Shown piece by piece: positions 19,166-28,807 of a stretch of DNA of 64,000 nucleotides. The stretch is taken from the NCBI GenBank assembly GCA_963662945.1, contig OY759974.1, positions 2,080,001 to 2,144,000 on the forward strand, in the 5' to 3' direction. The notes under the pieces were generated by a model that was not told the origin of the DNA, ran no database searches, and saw nothing but the letters and a program-made list of their open reading frames with translations. The translations under genes were made by a program, and so were the position numbers. Source of the DNA: Arcobacteraceae bacterium. GTDB lineage: Bacteria; Campylobacterota; Campylobacteria; Campylobacterales; Arcobacteraceae. Position 1 is the stretch's first letter. Each line of letters starts with the position of its first letter.

Positions 19166-20425
19166 TTAATGTGTCGTACACACGGAACATACATCAAAGC
19201 TTTTAAAAACTATCTGTGCTACTTGGGTATTATCTAATCCTATTATCGCTTTTTGTGAGATTCCCAAATCTTGTTTTGTCCCATTACTTAAATTCCATTG
19301 TGTTGGAGTAATGATTTGATAGTCTATAATTTGATTTTCTTTTATAGTTACTTTATGAATAAGTGATCCGCGTGCTGCTTCAACTATACCAACTCCTGTT
19401 GCATTGAGTTTAGAAATCTCAATTTTTGGTTTTATATACGAAGGTTCTTTCAAATTGATCTGTGCTATGAGCTCTTTAGAATGAATAAGTAGTTGTGGAA
19501 TTTCACAAATTCTTGCCAAAATTCTTGAAAAAATGCTATCTTGATATCGTCTATGACTATCTTTAATAAGAGGTGTTTTATTTATCATTGCACGACTTAG
19601 AGCTCCCACTTCATAGTAATAGTTTTTAAATTTTACATTTTTTGCATAAGAGTTTTTATTTGGATGTTCATTGACATATTTTACATTTATATTGTGATTT
19701 ATTTTTGTTTTTACGCCACGTCCACCTTGAAAATAACTATTGTTTCCAAAAGCAATGAATCTATCAAAACTTTTTCCTATTTTAGATATTTTTTTCTGTT
19801 TTAAAGTATTTAAAATAAGAGGTAAATCTCCTGTAGCACTTAAAATCTTTTCAACACTTTCACAAGCTAAAAAATCTTCAATATTTGCATTGATAAGAGT
19901 ATCTTGGTAGAATTTAATAACTTCATCTATATAGTTTTCCATTTTTAATAAATCTGTGCTTGTGATTTCACTTACAATTCCACCAACAATAGCATAAGAG
20001 TTATGTGGATATTGTCCAGCTATGGTAGCAATTGCTTTTGACATAAGTTGTGAAGGATATGTTGCACCTTTTATATTTTGTTTAAATCCCAGAAGTGGAA
20101 AAAGTGTAAGATATATCCATTTAAAATGATTTTGAATTATCTCAAAATTTAGTGTCAGTTCTCGTGCTATTTTAGCTTTTTGTGAAATCTCAATGTTCTC
20201 ATAACAATTTTCAAGTGCTTGAACTGTGGCAATGAGATGTGCATGATTACAAATGCCACAGACTCTTGGATTGATTACAAGTGCATCAAGAGGATTTTTT
20301 CCTTTGAGTATATTTTCTATATGTCTTGAACTTGTAAACTCAATATCTACAAAATCTATTTTTTTATTTGTAAAACTAAAATTAAGTTTCGCTTCACCCT
20401 CTATTTTTTCTATAAGTTCTATCAT
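19166..20425 (-). CDS. group 2 cytoplasmic [NiFe] hydrogenase large subunit (HupL/HupV-like)
   Basis: EKIEGEA, PRVCGICNHAH; ends at SFDVCSVCTTH with no C-terminal extension. Confidence 0.92.
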   Translation of the reverse strand: MIELIEKIEGEAKLNFSFTNKKIDFVDIEFTSSRHIENILKGKNPLDALVINPRVCGICNHAHLIATVQALENCYENIEISQKAKIARELTLNFEIIQNHFKWIYLTLFPLLGFKQNIKGATYPSQLMSKAIATIAGQYPHNSYAIVGGIVSEITSTDLLKMENYIDEVIKFYQDTLINANIEDFLACESVEKILSATGDLPLILNTLKQKKISKIGKSFDRFIAFGNNSYFQGGRGVKTKINHNINVKYVNEHPNKNSYAKNVKFKNYYYEVGALSRAMINKTPLIKDSHRRYQDSIFSRILARICEIPQLLIHSKELIAQINLKEPSYIKPKIEISKLNATGVGIVEAARGSLIHKVTIKENQIIDYQIITPTQWNLSNGTKQDLGISQKAIIGLDNTQVAQIVFKSFDVCSVCTTH

Positions 20426-21291
20426 CAGTTGTCCATCAGTTTTATTTCAAATCTCTCTATTTTAAAAGCTTTTGCAACACCAGCTAGTGAAAGGTAAGCG
20501 CGTTTTGGAACTCCTAATGGAAGATTTTGTGGTATCCCCATATTTTTCTTGGTTTCAAAAAGATTTTCTTTTGGAAAAGTTGGTTCTGTACATCCCATAC
20601 AAGGATGTCCTACTCGTGTTTTTGAGTTTATTTCATTCCAAAGTATTTTATTACAACTACCATTTGTATAGGGTCCTTGACATCCATGGTCATAAAACAT
20701 ACATCCTTCTAAATTACCAAATTTATGATTATCAATTTTATATTCAAAATATTCGTTTCTTGTACAACCATTATGTATAGTAGTTGCATAAAATTCTTTT
20801 GGTCTAAGATAAGGATCTAATTGAAGTTCGTAATCTTTTTTTATACTGTATAAAGTATTAACCAAAATTTCTGGATGAATAGGGCAACCAGAGATATTAA
20901 TAGTTTTATTTTTTAAGTGTTGATATCTGTTATGGACTAATTTTTGTCTAAAATGAAGACCATATTTACTATTTTCATTATTTAAAAAAATACCACCAAA
21001 AGCGGCACAAGTTCCAACAGTGATGATTTTTTTTGCTTTGCTACCATATTGTTCTATGATAGTTTTTATATCTACATCGGCTTTTGTATGACCATCTTCT
21101 AGAGTCCCATCAATAAGTAACACATCACAAGGTAGATCTTTAGAAACAACATCTTGTAAACTATAATTAGTTTCTAAAGTAGGGTGATAAATAAAAGTAA
21201 AGTCTTGTAAAAACTTTTCAATATGGGGATAATTTAAAAACGAGTGTACATTTCCATGACATGAAAGTAAATTAAGCCATAAAAGTTTCAT
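20425..21291 (-). CDS. group 2 hydrogenase small subunit (no Tat signal)
   Basis: SCHGN, GTCAAFGG, SGCPIHP, HNGCTRNEYF, PCMGCTEP. Confidence 0.92.
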   Translation of the reverse strand: MKLLWLNLLSCHGNVHSFLNYPHIEKFLQDFTFIYHPTLETNYSLQDVVSKDLPCDVLLIDGTLEDGHTKADVDIKTIIEQYGSKAKKIITVGTCAAFGGIFLNNENSKYGLHFRQKLVHNRYQHLKNKTINISGCPIHPEILVNTLYSIKKDYELQLDPYLRPKEFYATTIHNGCTRNEYFEYKIDNHKFGNLEGCMFYDHGCQGPYTNGSCNKILWNEINSKTRVGHPCMGCTEPTFPKENLFETKKNMGIPQNLPLGVPKRAYLSLAGVAKAFKIERFEIKLMDN

Positions 21292-21294
21292 AAA

Positions 21295-21882
21295 CTATAC
21301 TTTGAGAGCCTTATAAATGTTATTACTAATATCATCTATATAGCTGTTAAGGTCATTTGGGAGGATATTTTCACCTTTTAAGAAAACCATACCACCTAAA
21401 TATCCCATAAATAAACCAAAAGCACTAAAAAAGTCTTGGTCTCTAAGTTCTTCATTTTTAACGCCATCTTCAAAATAAATCATAATCTCTGTTACAAAAT
21501 CATTAACACAAATCATCCCCTCACAGCCATCTTTAAATACTTCTCGATTTGATAAAAAGACTCTTAAAAAATAGTCAATCATCTCAGGGCGTAAGTTTGC
21601 TGTTTGAAAATATACTGTAACAATTTGTTTTGTTTTTTCTTGGGTTGAGATATCTTTTTCATTAATACTTTTGAGTTGTTCACCTAAATATTGTGAGATA
21701 TGTTTAATAATCTCTTTTGCTAAAATATCTTTTGATTTGAAGTAGTTGTACATATTTCCTACACTCATTTTTAAAGCTTTGGCAATATCAGGTATAGTAG
21801 TTGTATAGAAACCATTTTTTGCAAAAAGTTCCAAGGCACCTTGGATAATAAATTCTTTTTTTAACTCTTTTTTAGTTTTCAA
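21295..21882 (-). CDS. TetR/AcrR regulator
   Basis: ALELFAKNGFYTTTIPDIAKALKMSVGNMYNYFKSK; TTG start with AGGA RBS. Confidence 0.95.
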   Translation of the reverse strand: MKTKKELKKEFIIQGALELFAKNGFYTTTIPDIAKALKMSVGNMYNYFKSKDILAKEIIKHISQYLGEQLKSINEKDISTQEKTKQIVTVYFQTANLRPEMIDYFLRVFLSNREVFKDGCEGMICVNDFVTEIMIYFEDGVKNEELRDQDFFSAFGLFMGYLGGMVFLKGENILPNDLNSYIDDISNNIYKALKV

Positions 21883-22004
21883 TGTAATCTTCCTATAAAC
21901 TTTTATTGCCTATTATACAATTTATGGTATAAAAGTATGTAATTGTAATTTTTTAGTAACTAAACTATGTTATATTTCTAATATTGAAAAAAGGTGGAAG
22001 CTAT

Positions 22005-23762
22005 ATGTCTGAATATGTTTTAATGTTGATATTTTTACCTTTGGTCTTTGCTGTAGCAATACTTTTTAATAGTGTGAGAGTCCGAAATATTGCTACTTAT
22101 TTGTTTGTTGGATTCTTGATTGTTATTTCTTTGAAATTATTTTTATCTAAAACAATTATTGAACTTAATTTTAATCATATGGTGCATACTGTTTTTCTTG
22201 TTTTAGATTTTATTCTTTTAGGATATTTTCTTTCACAAGGGGTTAAATATAAAGATAAACTTATAGGTGTATTTGCAAGTATACAATTGGTATTATTTGT
22301 GGTATTTTTACAGTTTTTTCCAACTATAACTTCTCACGATATTATAGTTGATAAAGTATCATTTGTGATGTTACTGATTGTAAATATTATTGGTGGGATT
22401 ATTATTATTTATTCTTTACAATATATTCAAAGTGAAGATTTTAAGGCTTGTAAAAAAAATCTTTTTATCTCTATTTTATTCTTCTTTATCGGAGTGATGA
22501 ATTTAGTTGTTACTACAAATAATGTTGAGATATTTTTTCTAGCTTTTGAGCTTACAACTTTATGTTCATATATTCTTATTCGATATAGAAATGATGAACT
22601 CTCTATACAAAATGCGAGAAGAGCTTTGTGGATGAATCAAATAGGTGGCGTTGCTATTTTGTTAAGTTTATTAAGTGGAGTGTATTATTATGATACAATA
22701 TATTTTGATACTTTAATTAAACATATTAATGGATTGTTTTTACTTCCTATCTCACTTTTAGTTCTTGCAGCTTTTGTTAAAGGTGCATCAATACCTTTTG
22801 ATAAATGGCTTTTAGGGGCAATGGTAGCTCCAACTCCAGTAAGTGCAATTTTACATAGTGCAACAATGGTAAAAATAGCACCTTATCTTATTTTAAAAAT
22901 AGCCCCAGCTTTTTCCTCGACTATATCTCTTGCAGTTATATTTTTTGGAACATTTGTATTTATGTCGGCTTCTCTTTTGGCTTTAGGAAAAGATTTTTTT
23001 AAAGAGATACTTGGACTTTCTACAATTGCTCTTTTAGCCTTAATGATGGCAATGGCTTCAATTGGTACACCTGAGGCTATAAATATTTGTTTAATACTTA
23101 TTGTTTTTCATGCTATTTCTAAAGCTTTATTATTTTTACAAGCAGGTATTTTAGAAAAAGTATTTCATTTGAAATATTTACAAGATATTGATTATTTGAT
23201 AAGTAGGTCAAAACTATTGGTATTTTTTATTGTAGTGAGTTTTGCTTCTTTAACACTTCCTCCTTTTGGAGTTTTTATAGGAAAATTTGCCTCTATAGAA
23301 CTGATTTCATCTTTAATAAGTGAGAATATATTTTATATCTTCCCTTTATTATTTTTATTAATTGGTTCTGTCTTTTTAACACTTTTATATTTTAAAGTTT
23401 TAACAAAACTTATAGCTTTTGATGATCAAATACATGAAAAAGTGGTAATAGATTGGACATATAAGTTTACCTCTTTTATTTTAGTTGGGCTTTTATGTTT
23501 GGGAATTTATATAAGTTATATCAATGATTTTATGACACATATAGAGATATTAGTAGCTGGTTTTTTAATACTTGTTACTTTTGGATTATTATATATGTTA
23601 ACCTTGAAAAATATCAAAAAAGTAGCCCCTTATAATTGTGCTGAAAAAGATACAGTGCAATTAAGTGCATACTATTTTATAATTGAAGATAAATTCAAAG
23701 AATTAATAGTCTACATATCTATTTTTTTAATGGTTCTTATAGTCTATATGGGGGTAATATAA
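22005..23762 (+). CDS. echA: Ech hydrogenase subunit A (NuoL/antiporter-like)
   Basis: Many TMs; WLLGAMVAPTPVSAILHSATMVK, HAISKALLF. Confidence 0.85.
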   Translation: MSEYVLMLIFLPLVFAVAILFNSVRVRNIATYLFVGFLIVISLKLFLSKTIIELNFNHMVHTVFLVLDFILLGYFLSQGVKYKDKLIGVFASIQLVLFVVFLQFFPTITSHDIIVDKVSFVMLLIVNIIGGIIIIYSLQYIQSEDFKACKKNLFISILFFFIGVMNLVVTTNNVEIFFLAFELTTLCSYILIRYRNDELSIQNARRALWMNQIGGVAILLSLLSGVYYYDTIYFDTLIKHINGLFLLPISLLVLAAFVKGASIPFDKWLLGAMVAPTPVSAILHSATMVKIAPYLILKIAPAFSSTISLAVIFFGTFVFMSASLLALGKDFFKEILGLSTIALLALMMAMASIGTPEAINICLILIVFHAISKALLFLQAGILEKVFHLKYLQDIDYLISRSKLLVFFIVVSFASLTLPPFGVFIGKFASIELISSLISENIFYIFPLLFLLIGSVFLTLLYFKVLTKLIAFDDQIHEKVVIDWTYKFTSFILVGLLCLGIYISYINDFMTHIEILVAGFLILVTFGLLYMLTLKNIKKVAPYNCAEKDTVQLSAYYFIIEDKFKELIVYISIFLMVLIVYMGVI

Positions 23763-24595
23763 TGGAATATTTATTGATAATATTAGCTCCAATTTTTGGT
23801 GGATTGATTTATGGAATAGAGAGGGTACTTCGAGCAAGGATGCAAAATAGAATAGGACCACCAGTATTGCAACCTTTTTATGATATGTATAAATTAATGG
23901 GGAAAGAACCTTTTATAGTAAATAATTATCATATTGTATTTGCCATTATGCATCTTTTAACTTTATGGATTGCAGTAGGTTTGGTGATTTTTGGTGTAAA
24001 TCTTTTGTATGTGATATTTATACATCTTTTATCGTCAATATTTTTAGTTCTTGCTGGATATAGTGTAAACTCTGTATATTCACATATTGGTTCAAACAGA
24101 GAATTACTATCAATAGTGGCATATGAACCTATATTGATATTTGTTGCAGTTGGATTTTATATACTTAATAGTAGTTTTGATATTGAAATTATACGATCAC
24201 AAAAGAGTGAAGTTGCACAACTTTTTTTATTGTTTTTCGCATTTTTATTAGTCATACCTATTAAGTTAAAAAAATCTCCTTTTGATGCAACAGAAGCTCA
24301 CCAAGAAATTGTAGGTGGAATCGAGGTTGAGTTTAGTGGAGTATTTTTTGAGATAGTGTATATGGCAAAATGGATTGAATATGTTTTTATCTACAGTATT
24401 TTATTACTTTTTGCAGGAGATAGTTTTTTATATGGTAGTTTGATGTTTATATCTGTGTTTTTAGTGGTTAACTTAGTGGATAATGCAACAGCAAGGATAA
24501 AAATCAAAAACTTATTGCAAATTGTATTATCAATAGGTTTAATTTTAAGTATTATAAATTTAATATTAGTTGGATTAGGGGTTTTAGATGTTTGA
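23762..24595 (+). CDS. echB: Ech subunit B (NuoH-like)
   Basis: ARMQNRIGPP..QPFYD, KSPFD, HQEIVGG. Confidence 0.85.
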   Translation: MEYLLIILAPIFGGLIYGIERVLRARMQNRIGPPVLQPFYDMYKLMGKEPFIVNNYHIVFAIMHLLTLWIAVGLVIFGVNLLYVIFIHLLSSIFLVLAGYSVNSVYSHIGSNRELLSIVAYEPILIFVAVGFYILNSSFDIEIIRSQKSEVAQLFLLFFAFLLVIPIKLKKSPFDATEAHQEIVGGIEVEFSGVFFEIVYMAKWIEYVFIYSILLLFAGDSFLYGSLMFISVFLVVNLVDNATARIKIKNLLQIVLSIGLILSIINLILVGLGVLDV

Positions 24596-25022
24596 AAAAT
24601 ATAGAAAAAAATCCCCTTGGATACTTCACTATAATGCAGGAAGTTGTAATGGTTGTGATATAGAAATTTTAGCGTGTCTTTCTCCTAAGTATGATTTAGA
24701 GAGATTTGGTGTTGTAAATACAGGAAATCCAAAGCAATCAGATATTTTTCTAGTGACTGGTCCAGTTACCTATAGAAGTAGAGAAAGACTTGTAGAGCTT
24801 TATAATCAGATGCCAAATCCAAAAGTTGTCGTTGCAGTTGGAAGCTGTACTTGTACTGGTGGAGTTTTTCGTGGTATGTATAATGTTGAAGATGGGATTG
24901 ATAGATATATCCCTGTTGATGTGTATATCCCTGGGTGTGCTGCAAGTCCTGAACTTATCATGGATGGTGTTGTAAAAGCTTTAGAAATTTTAGAAACAAA
25001 ACAAAAGGGCAATGATGATTGA
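24588..25022 (+). CDS. echC: Ech small subunit C (NuoB-like)
   Basis: KSPW..HYNAGSCNGCDIE, VGSC, DVYIPGCA. Confidence 0.9.
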   Translation: MFEKYRKKSPWILHYNAGSCNGCDIEILACLSPKYDLERFGVVNTGNPKQSDIFLVTGPVTYRSRERLVELYNQMPNPKVVVAVGSCTCTGGVFRGMYNVEDGIDRYIPVDVYIPGCAASPELIMDGVVKALEILETKQKGNDD

Positions 25023-25365
25023 TAAAAGAGAAACTACTTTAAAAACAGTTGTTGAAGATATAAAAAATTTTTATGAGAAAGAAAAACATCATTTTTTAAC
25101 ACTTAATGGTCTAAAAATAGATGAGGAAACAACACAAATACAATGGATATTTGCAACTTATAGAGAAGTTGATACTCTAACAATGTTTTATGTAAATGTA
25201 AAACAGTATGAGGTAGTACCAAGTATTGTAGAGATACTTCCTAGTGCGATAATCTCACAAAGGGAGATTGTAGATATGTTTGGTATTGATATTGAAGGAA
25301 GTAGTAAAGGACTTTACTTAGACGAAGACAGTGAGCAGATGCCACTGGGAAGTTGTGGGATATAA
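25012..25365 (+). CDS. echD: Ech subunit D (NuoC-like)
   Basis: VPSI..ILPSA..QREIVDMFGI. Confidence 0.82.
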   Translation: MMIDKRETTLKTVVEDIKNFYEKEKHHFLTLNGLKIDEETTQIQWIFATYREVDTLTMFYVNVKQYEVVPSIVEILPSAIISQREIVDMFGIDIEGSSKGLYLDEDSEQMPLGSCGI

Positions 25366-25367
25366 TT

Positions 25368-26459
25368 ATGGCAAATAAAAAAATTATCAATATACCACTT
25401 GGAAGTCAGCATATCTCACTTTTAGAACCAGTTAAATTTAAATTTGCATGTGAAAATGAAAAAATAGTTGCAGTAGATAGTGATGTTGGATTTGTACATA
25501 GAGGGATAGAAAAAGCGTGTACTACTAAGTTTAATTTTGATGCAGTACCGTATGTTGTAGCTAGAATTTGTGGGCTTTGTGCTATTACACACTCTCTTTG
25601 TTATACAACAGCTGTGGAGAGTTTACTAGAAGGTGAAATAACACAAAAAGCAAAATATCTTCGTATATTACTTGTAGAACTTGATCGTATCCACTCACAT
25701 ATGTTGTGTTTATCTCACACAGCAGAAAATGCAGGATTTGAAGCTATGTTTATGCAAATCATGGGTGATAGAGAATATGTGATGGACTTGCAAGAGAAAA
25801 TCACAGGAAATAGGATACAGTTTGACTATGTCAGTATAGGTGGGGTAAATCGTGATATTACAACTGATATTATCAAAGATATTAAAACAAATCTAAAATT
25901 GATAAAATCAAAAGTAGATGAGTATATTTATGAGTTTACAAACAATTGGAGTTTATCACTAAAGTTTCAAAATATAGGAACTTTAACGTTAGAGGAAGCA
26001 TATGATTACAATGCCATAGGACCACTTGCTCGGGCAGCTGGGTTAGCAACGGATGTAAGAAGTGAGACAAATTATCTTCCTTATGATGAGGTGGGATATA
26101 AAATGCAAGTGTCAATTTTGGGTGATATACATTCACGAAATATTGTGAGACTTAAAGAGATTTTAAATTCTATACAGATGTGTGAAAATATTGTAGATGG
26201 ATTACCTGAAGGTGATATATTTACAAAACTTAAGGGGAAACCAAATGGAGAAGCTCTTATAAGACTGGAAGCACCAAGAGGTGAGTTAATGTATTATATA
26301 AAAGGGGAGGGGAAACCACTTTTAAATCGTATGCGGATTAAAACGCCAACATTTTCTTGTATCCCAGCTTTTATGGAAGTGTTTAAAGGTTCAAACTATG
26401 CAGATGCACCAGCTATATTAGCATCGTTTGACCCATGTATGTCGTGTACTGCTAAGTAG
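25368..26459 (+). CDS. echE: Ech [NiFe] large subunit E (group 4)
   Basis: GFVHRGIE, RICGLC, EAPRGE; ends DPCMSCTAK. Confidence 0.9.
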   Translation: MANKKIINIPLGSQHISLLEPVKFKFACENEKIVAVDSDVGFVHRGIEKACTTKFNFDAVPYVVARICGLCAITHSLCYTTAVESLLEGEITQKAKYLRILLVELDRIHSHMLCLSHTAENAGFEAMFMQIMGDREYVMDLQEKITGNRIQFDYVSIGGVNRDITTDIIKDIKTNLKLIKSKVDEYIYEFTNNWSLSLKFQNIGTLTLEEAYDYNAIGPLARAAGLATDVRSETNYLPYDEVGYKMQVSILGDIHSRNIVRLKEILNSIQMCENIVDGLPEGDIFTKLKGKPNGEALIRLEAPRGELMYYIKGEGKPLLNRMRIKTPTFSCIPAFMEVFKGSNYADAPAILASFDPCMSCTAK

Positions 26460-26467
26460 GATAAAAG

Positions 26468-26866
26468 ATGTTTAGTTCAATAAAAAAAGCTTTTAAAAAC
26501 TTATTTACCAAACCACAAACTATAGACTATCCTGCCTCTCCTATAGAAAAACCTGCAGGTCATAGAGGACTTATAGAGTATGGGGAAGAGCATTGTATCT
26601 ATTGTCTAAAGTGTGAAAAAGCTTGTCCACCAGGTGCGATTCTTTTTGTACCTACGGGTAATCCAAGTGAAAATCCAAAAAATAAAAAAAGCCAAGAGTA
26701 CAAATACAATTCACACCTTTGTATCTACTGTGGAGAGTGTGTAAGAGCGTGTCCAAAACCGCAAGAAGCACTATGGCAAAGTGAAAAGAAACCAATGATA
26801 GGGATAAAAGAGGATAGGGTAAATGATGGTTGGTTTGAGATAGAGGCTTTGAAAAAATCTAAATAA
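26468..26866 (+). CDS. echF: Ech subunit F, 2x[4Fe-4S]
   Basis: CIYCLKCEKACP and CIYCGECVRACP. Confidence 0.87.
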   Translation: MFSSIKKAFKNLFTKPQTIDYPASPIEKPAGHRGLIEYGEEHCIYCLKCEKACPPGAILFVPTGNPSENPKNKKSQEYKYNSHLCIYCGECVRACPKPQEALWQSEKKPMIGIKEDRVNDGWFEIEALKKSK

Positions 26867-26951
26867 TATTGAAGTTTAAAAAGAGTAATTCTAATATTTT
26901 AGGTAAATTTACTATTTTAAGTCAGATGTAAATTTAAATATAATAACATTA

Positions 26952-27263
26952 ATGATAACTATTAAAAGGAAAATAAAAATGATTAGAGAAAAGTATAAAA
27001 TATATTTAAAATATCTTTATGAAAATGAATATCAAATTGAATTTTCTACAGAAACTCTTAATGAATTTCTCGAAAATAAATTAAACTGTAGTAAAAATGA
27101 ATTTCAGTTAATTCACAAAAAAGCTATCGAGAAAAAACATATTTTTATTAACAATGGCATATACTGTCTTTCTTTTGATGGAATTGACTATTGTGAACAT
27201 TGTTGTTTAACTGGGGATAAATTATCAGATTCTAAACTTGATTTAAACTATCAACCTATTTAA
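26952..27263 (+). CDS. hypothetical protein (possible winged helix)
   Basis: ORF only; AAGGA RBS favours the second ATG (MIREK); YCLSFDGIDYCE tail. Confidence 0.5.
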   Translation: MITIKRKIKMIREKYKIYLKYLYENEYQIEFSTETLNEFLENKLNCSKNEFQLIHKKAIEKKHIFINNGIYCLSFDGIDYCEHCCLTGDKLSDSKLDLNYQPI

Positions 27264-27460
27264 ATTTTTGAAGAATCAAAAAAACACTTTCATCATTTTA
27301 ATTTCTCTCGTTCTATCTTCTCCTGAGGTGGAATACATACTATTAAGTAATCAAATAAAGTAAAACTACAAATTTTACAAAACATTACATTGTGCAATAT
27401 TTTTAACCTCAAATCAAAAAAGATGATAAGATAAATATAAATAACTAGAAAGATATCTTA

Positions 27461-27489
27461 TTGACATTTTTATATAATAAATATATAAT
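27461..27489 (+). promoter_or_regulatory. sigma70 promoter of the TA operon
   Basis: Perfect TTGACA-N17-TATAAT. Confidence 0.8.
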
Positions 27490-27521
27490 AACTATATCTT
27501 TTCTATACTTTGGAGGGATAG

Positions 27522-27791
27522 ATGTATTTTGAATACGATAAACAAAAAAGTATGAAAAATAAAGAGAAACATGGTATTAGTTTTGAAGAAGCAAAATTAT
27601 TATGGAATGATGAAGCAACTGTAATACCTGCAAAAGATATTAATGGTGAGATGAGATATGCACTTATATCAAGACTACAAGATAAATGTTTTGTAGCAAT
27701 TTTTACCATAAGAGATGAAAAATATCGTATTATAAGTGTAAGAAGATGTCGAAAAAATGAGGTGACAATTTATGAAAAAAATAACAACTGA
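27522..27791 (+). CDS. brnT: BrnT family toxin
   Basis: FEYD..KS..NKEKHGISFEEA...RIISVRR. Confidence 0.93.
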   Translation: MYFEYDKQKSMKNKEKHGISFEEAKLLWNDEATVIPAKDINGEMRYALISRLQDKCFVAIFTIRDEKYRIISVRRCRKNEVTIYEKNNN

Positions 27792-28038
27792 AGAATTTGA
27801 TACAAAATTTGACAATCAAGAAGATATAAGTTCCTATTTAGATGAAACAAAATCCCTAAAACTAGCTGATTTTGATAAAACAATAAAAACAAAAAAAATA
27901 AATGTAGATTTTCCAGAGAATATTTTGATACAACTTGACCAAGAAGCTAAAAGAATAGGGGTAACAAGACAATCTATCATAAAAGTTTGGATTGCAGAGC
28001 GATTAAAAGAGGAACAAAAATATAAATTCGTAGGATAA
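27772..28038 (+). CDS. brnA: BrnA/CopG-type antitoxin
   Basis: KKINVDFP...LDQEAKRIGVTRQSIIKVWIAERL; overlaps the toxin gene. Confidence 0.9.
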   Translation: MKKITTEEFDTKFDNQEDISSYLDETKSLKLADFDKTIKTKKINVDFPENILIQLDQEAKRIGVTRQSIIKVWIAERLKEEQKYKFVG

Positions 28039-28054
28039 GAGAATACAAAAATAA

Positions 28055-28068
28055 TTGATATACATCAA
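28055..28068. promoter_or_regulatory. FNR/Dnr/NssR-type box
   Basis: Perfect TTGAT-ATAC-ATCAA, upstream of a TATAAT (28091-28096) and the hemerythrin gene. Confidence 0.85.
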
Positions 28069-28121
28069 TGCAACTATTCTAAAATCTTTCTATAATTTCT
28101 TAAAATAATTAAGGAATAAAA

Positions 28122-28547
28122 ATGACAATAAATCAATTTATGACAGCAGACCATAGAGCTTGTGATGAGCAGTTTGCAAATCTTGAAAATATAGTAGATA
28201 GTGGAAACTTTGAGGGTGGAAAAACAATGTATGATGAGTTTGAAAAGCATATGTTACACCACTTTGATATGGAAGAGAAAGTTATGTTTAAAGAGTTCAA
28301 TGAATGTGGAGGAGGGCATTGTAATCCTACTGGTGTGATGATTATGGAGCATGAACAAATGAGAGCTTTATTTACTCAGATGAAAGATGCCATTGAACTA
28401 AATGATAAGGAAAGATTTTTAGGATTAAGTGAAAATCTTTTATTTGTGATGCAACAACACAATATGAAAGAGGAGCAAATGATGTACAATATGGCTGATG
28501 AAAATCTTCCAAGTGATGAGATTATCCAAAAGATGCAAAATATCTAA
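28122..28547 (+). CDS. hemerythrin-domain protein
   Basis: DHRACD, HFDMEE, EHEQMR, HNMKEE. Confidence 0.93.
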   Translation: MTINQFMTADHRACDEQFANLENIVDSGNFEGGKTMYDEFEKHMLHHFDMEEKVMFKEFNECGGGHCNPTGVMIMEHEQMRALFTQMKDAIELNDKERFLGLSENLLFVMQQHNMKEEQMMYNMADENLPSDEIIQKMQNI

Positions 28548-28549
28548 AT

Positions 28550-28807
28550 ATGTATAATGAAATCATACTTGACTGTAGAGAATTAGAAGCCCCTGAGCCT
28601 TTAAATCTTGCAGTTTCAAACTTATCTAAACTAGATGATAATAATTATATCAAAATGATACATAGACTAGAACCTATGATGTTATTGACTATCCTAAAAG
28701 AGAATAACTATGGATATGATATAAAACATACTAGCAATGAAGTTTTAATTTATATCTATAAAAATAATGAAAAAAAGAGAGAATATATCGAATGTTTGCA
28801 GGACTAA
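28550..28807 (+). CDS. DUF2249/TusA-like protein
   Basis: LDCRELEAPEPL...HRLEP. Confidence 0.82.
   Translation: MYNEIILDCRELEAPEPLNLAVSNLSKLDDNNYIKMIHRLEPMMLLTILKENNYGYDIKHTSNEVLIYIYKNNEKKREYIECLQD

Noticed and set aside
27262-27390. Short minus-strand ORF (MFCKIC...IPPQEK) between the orphan gene and the TA pair
   Set aside because: 30 codons, no RBS, no recognisable family.
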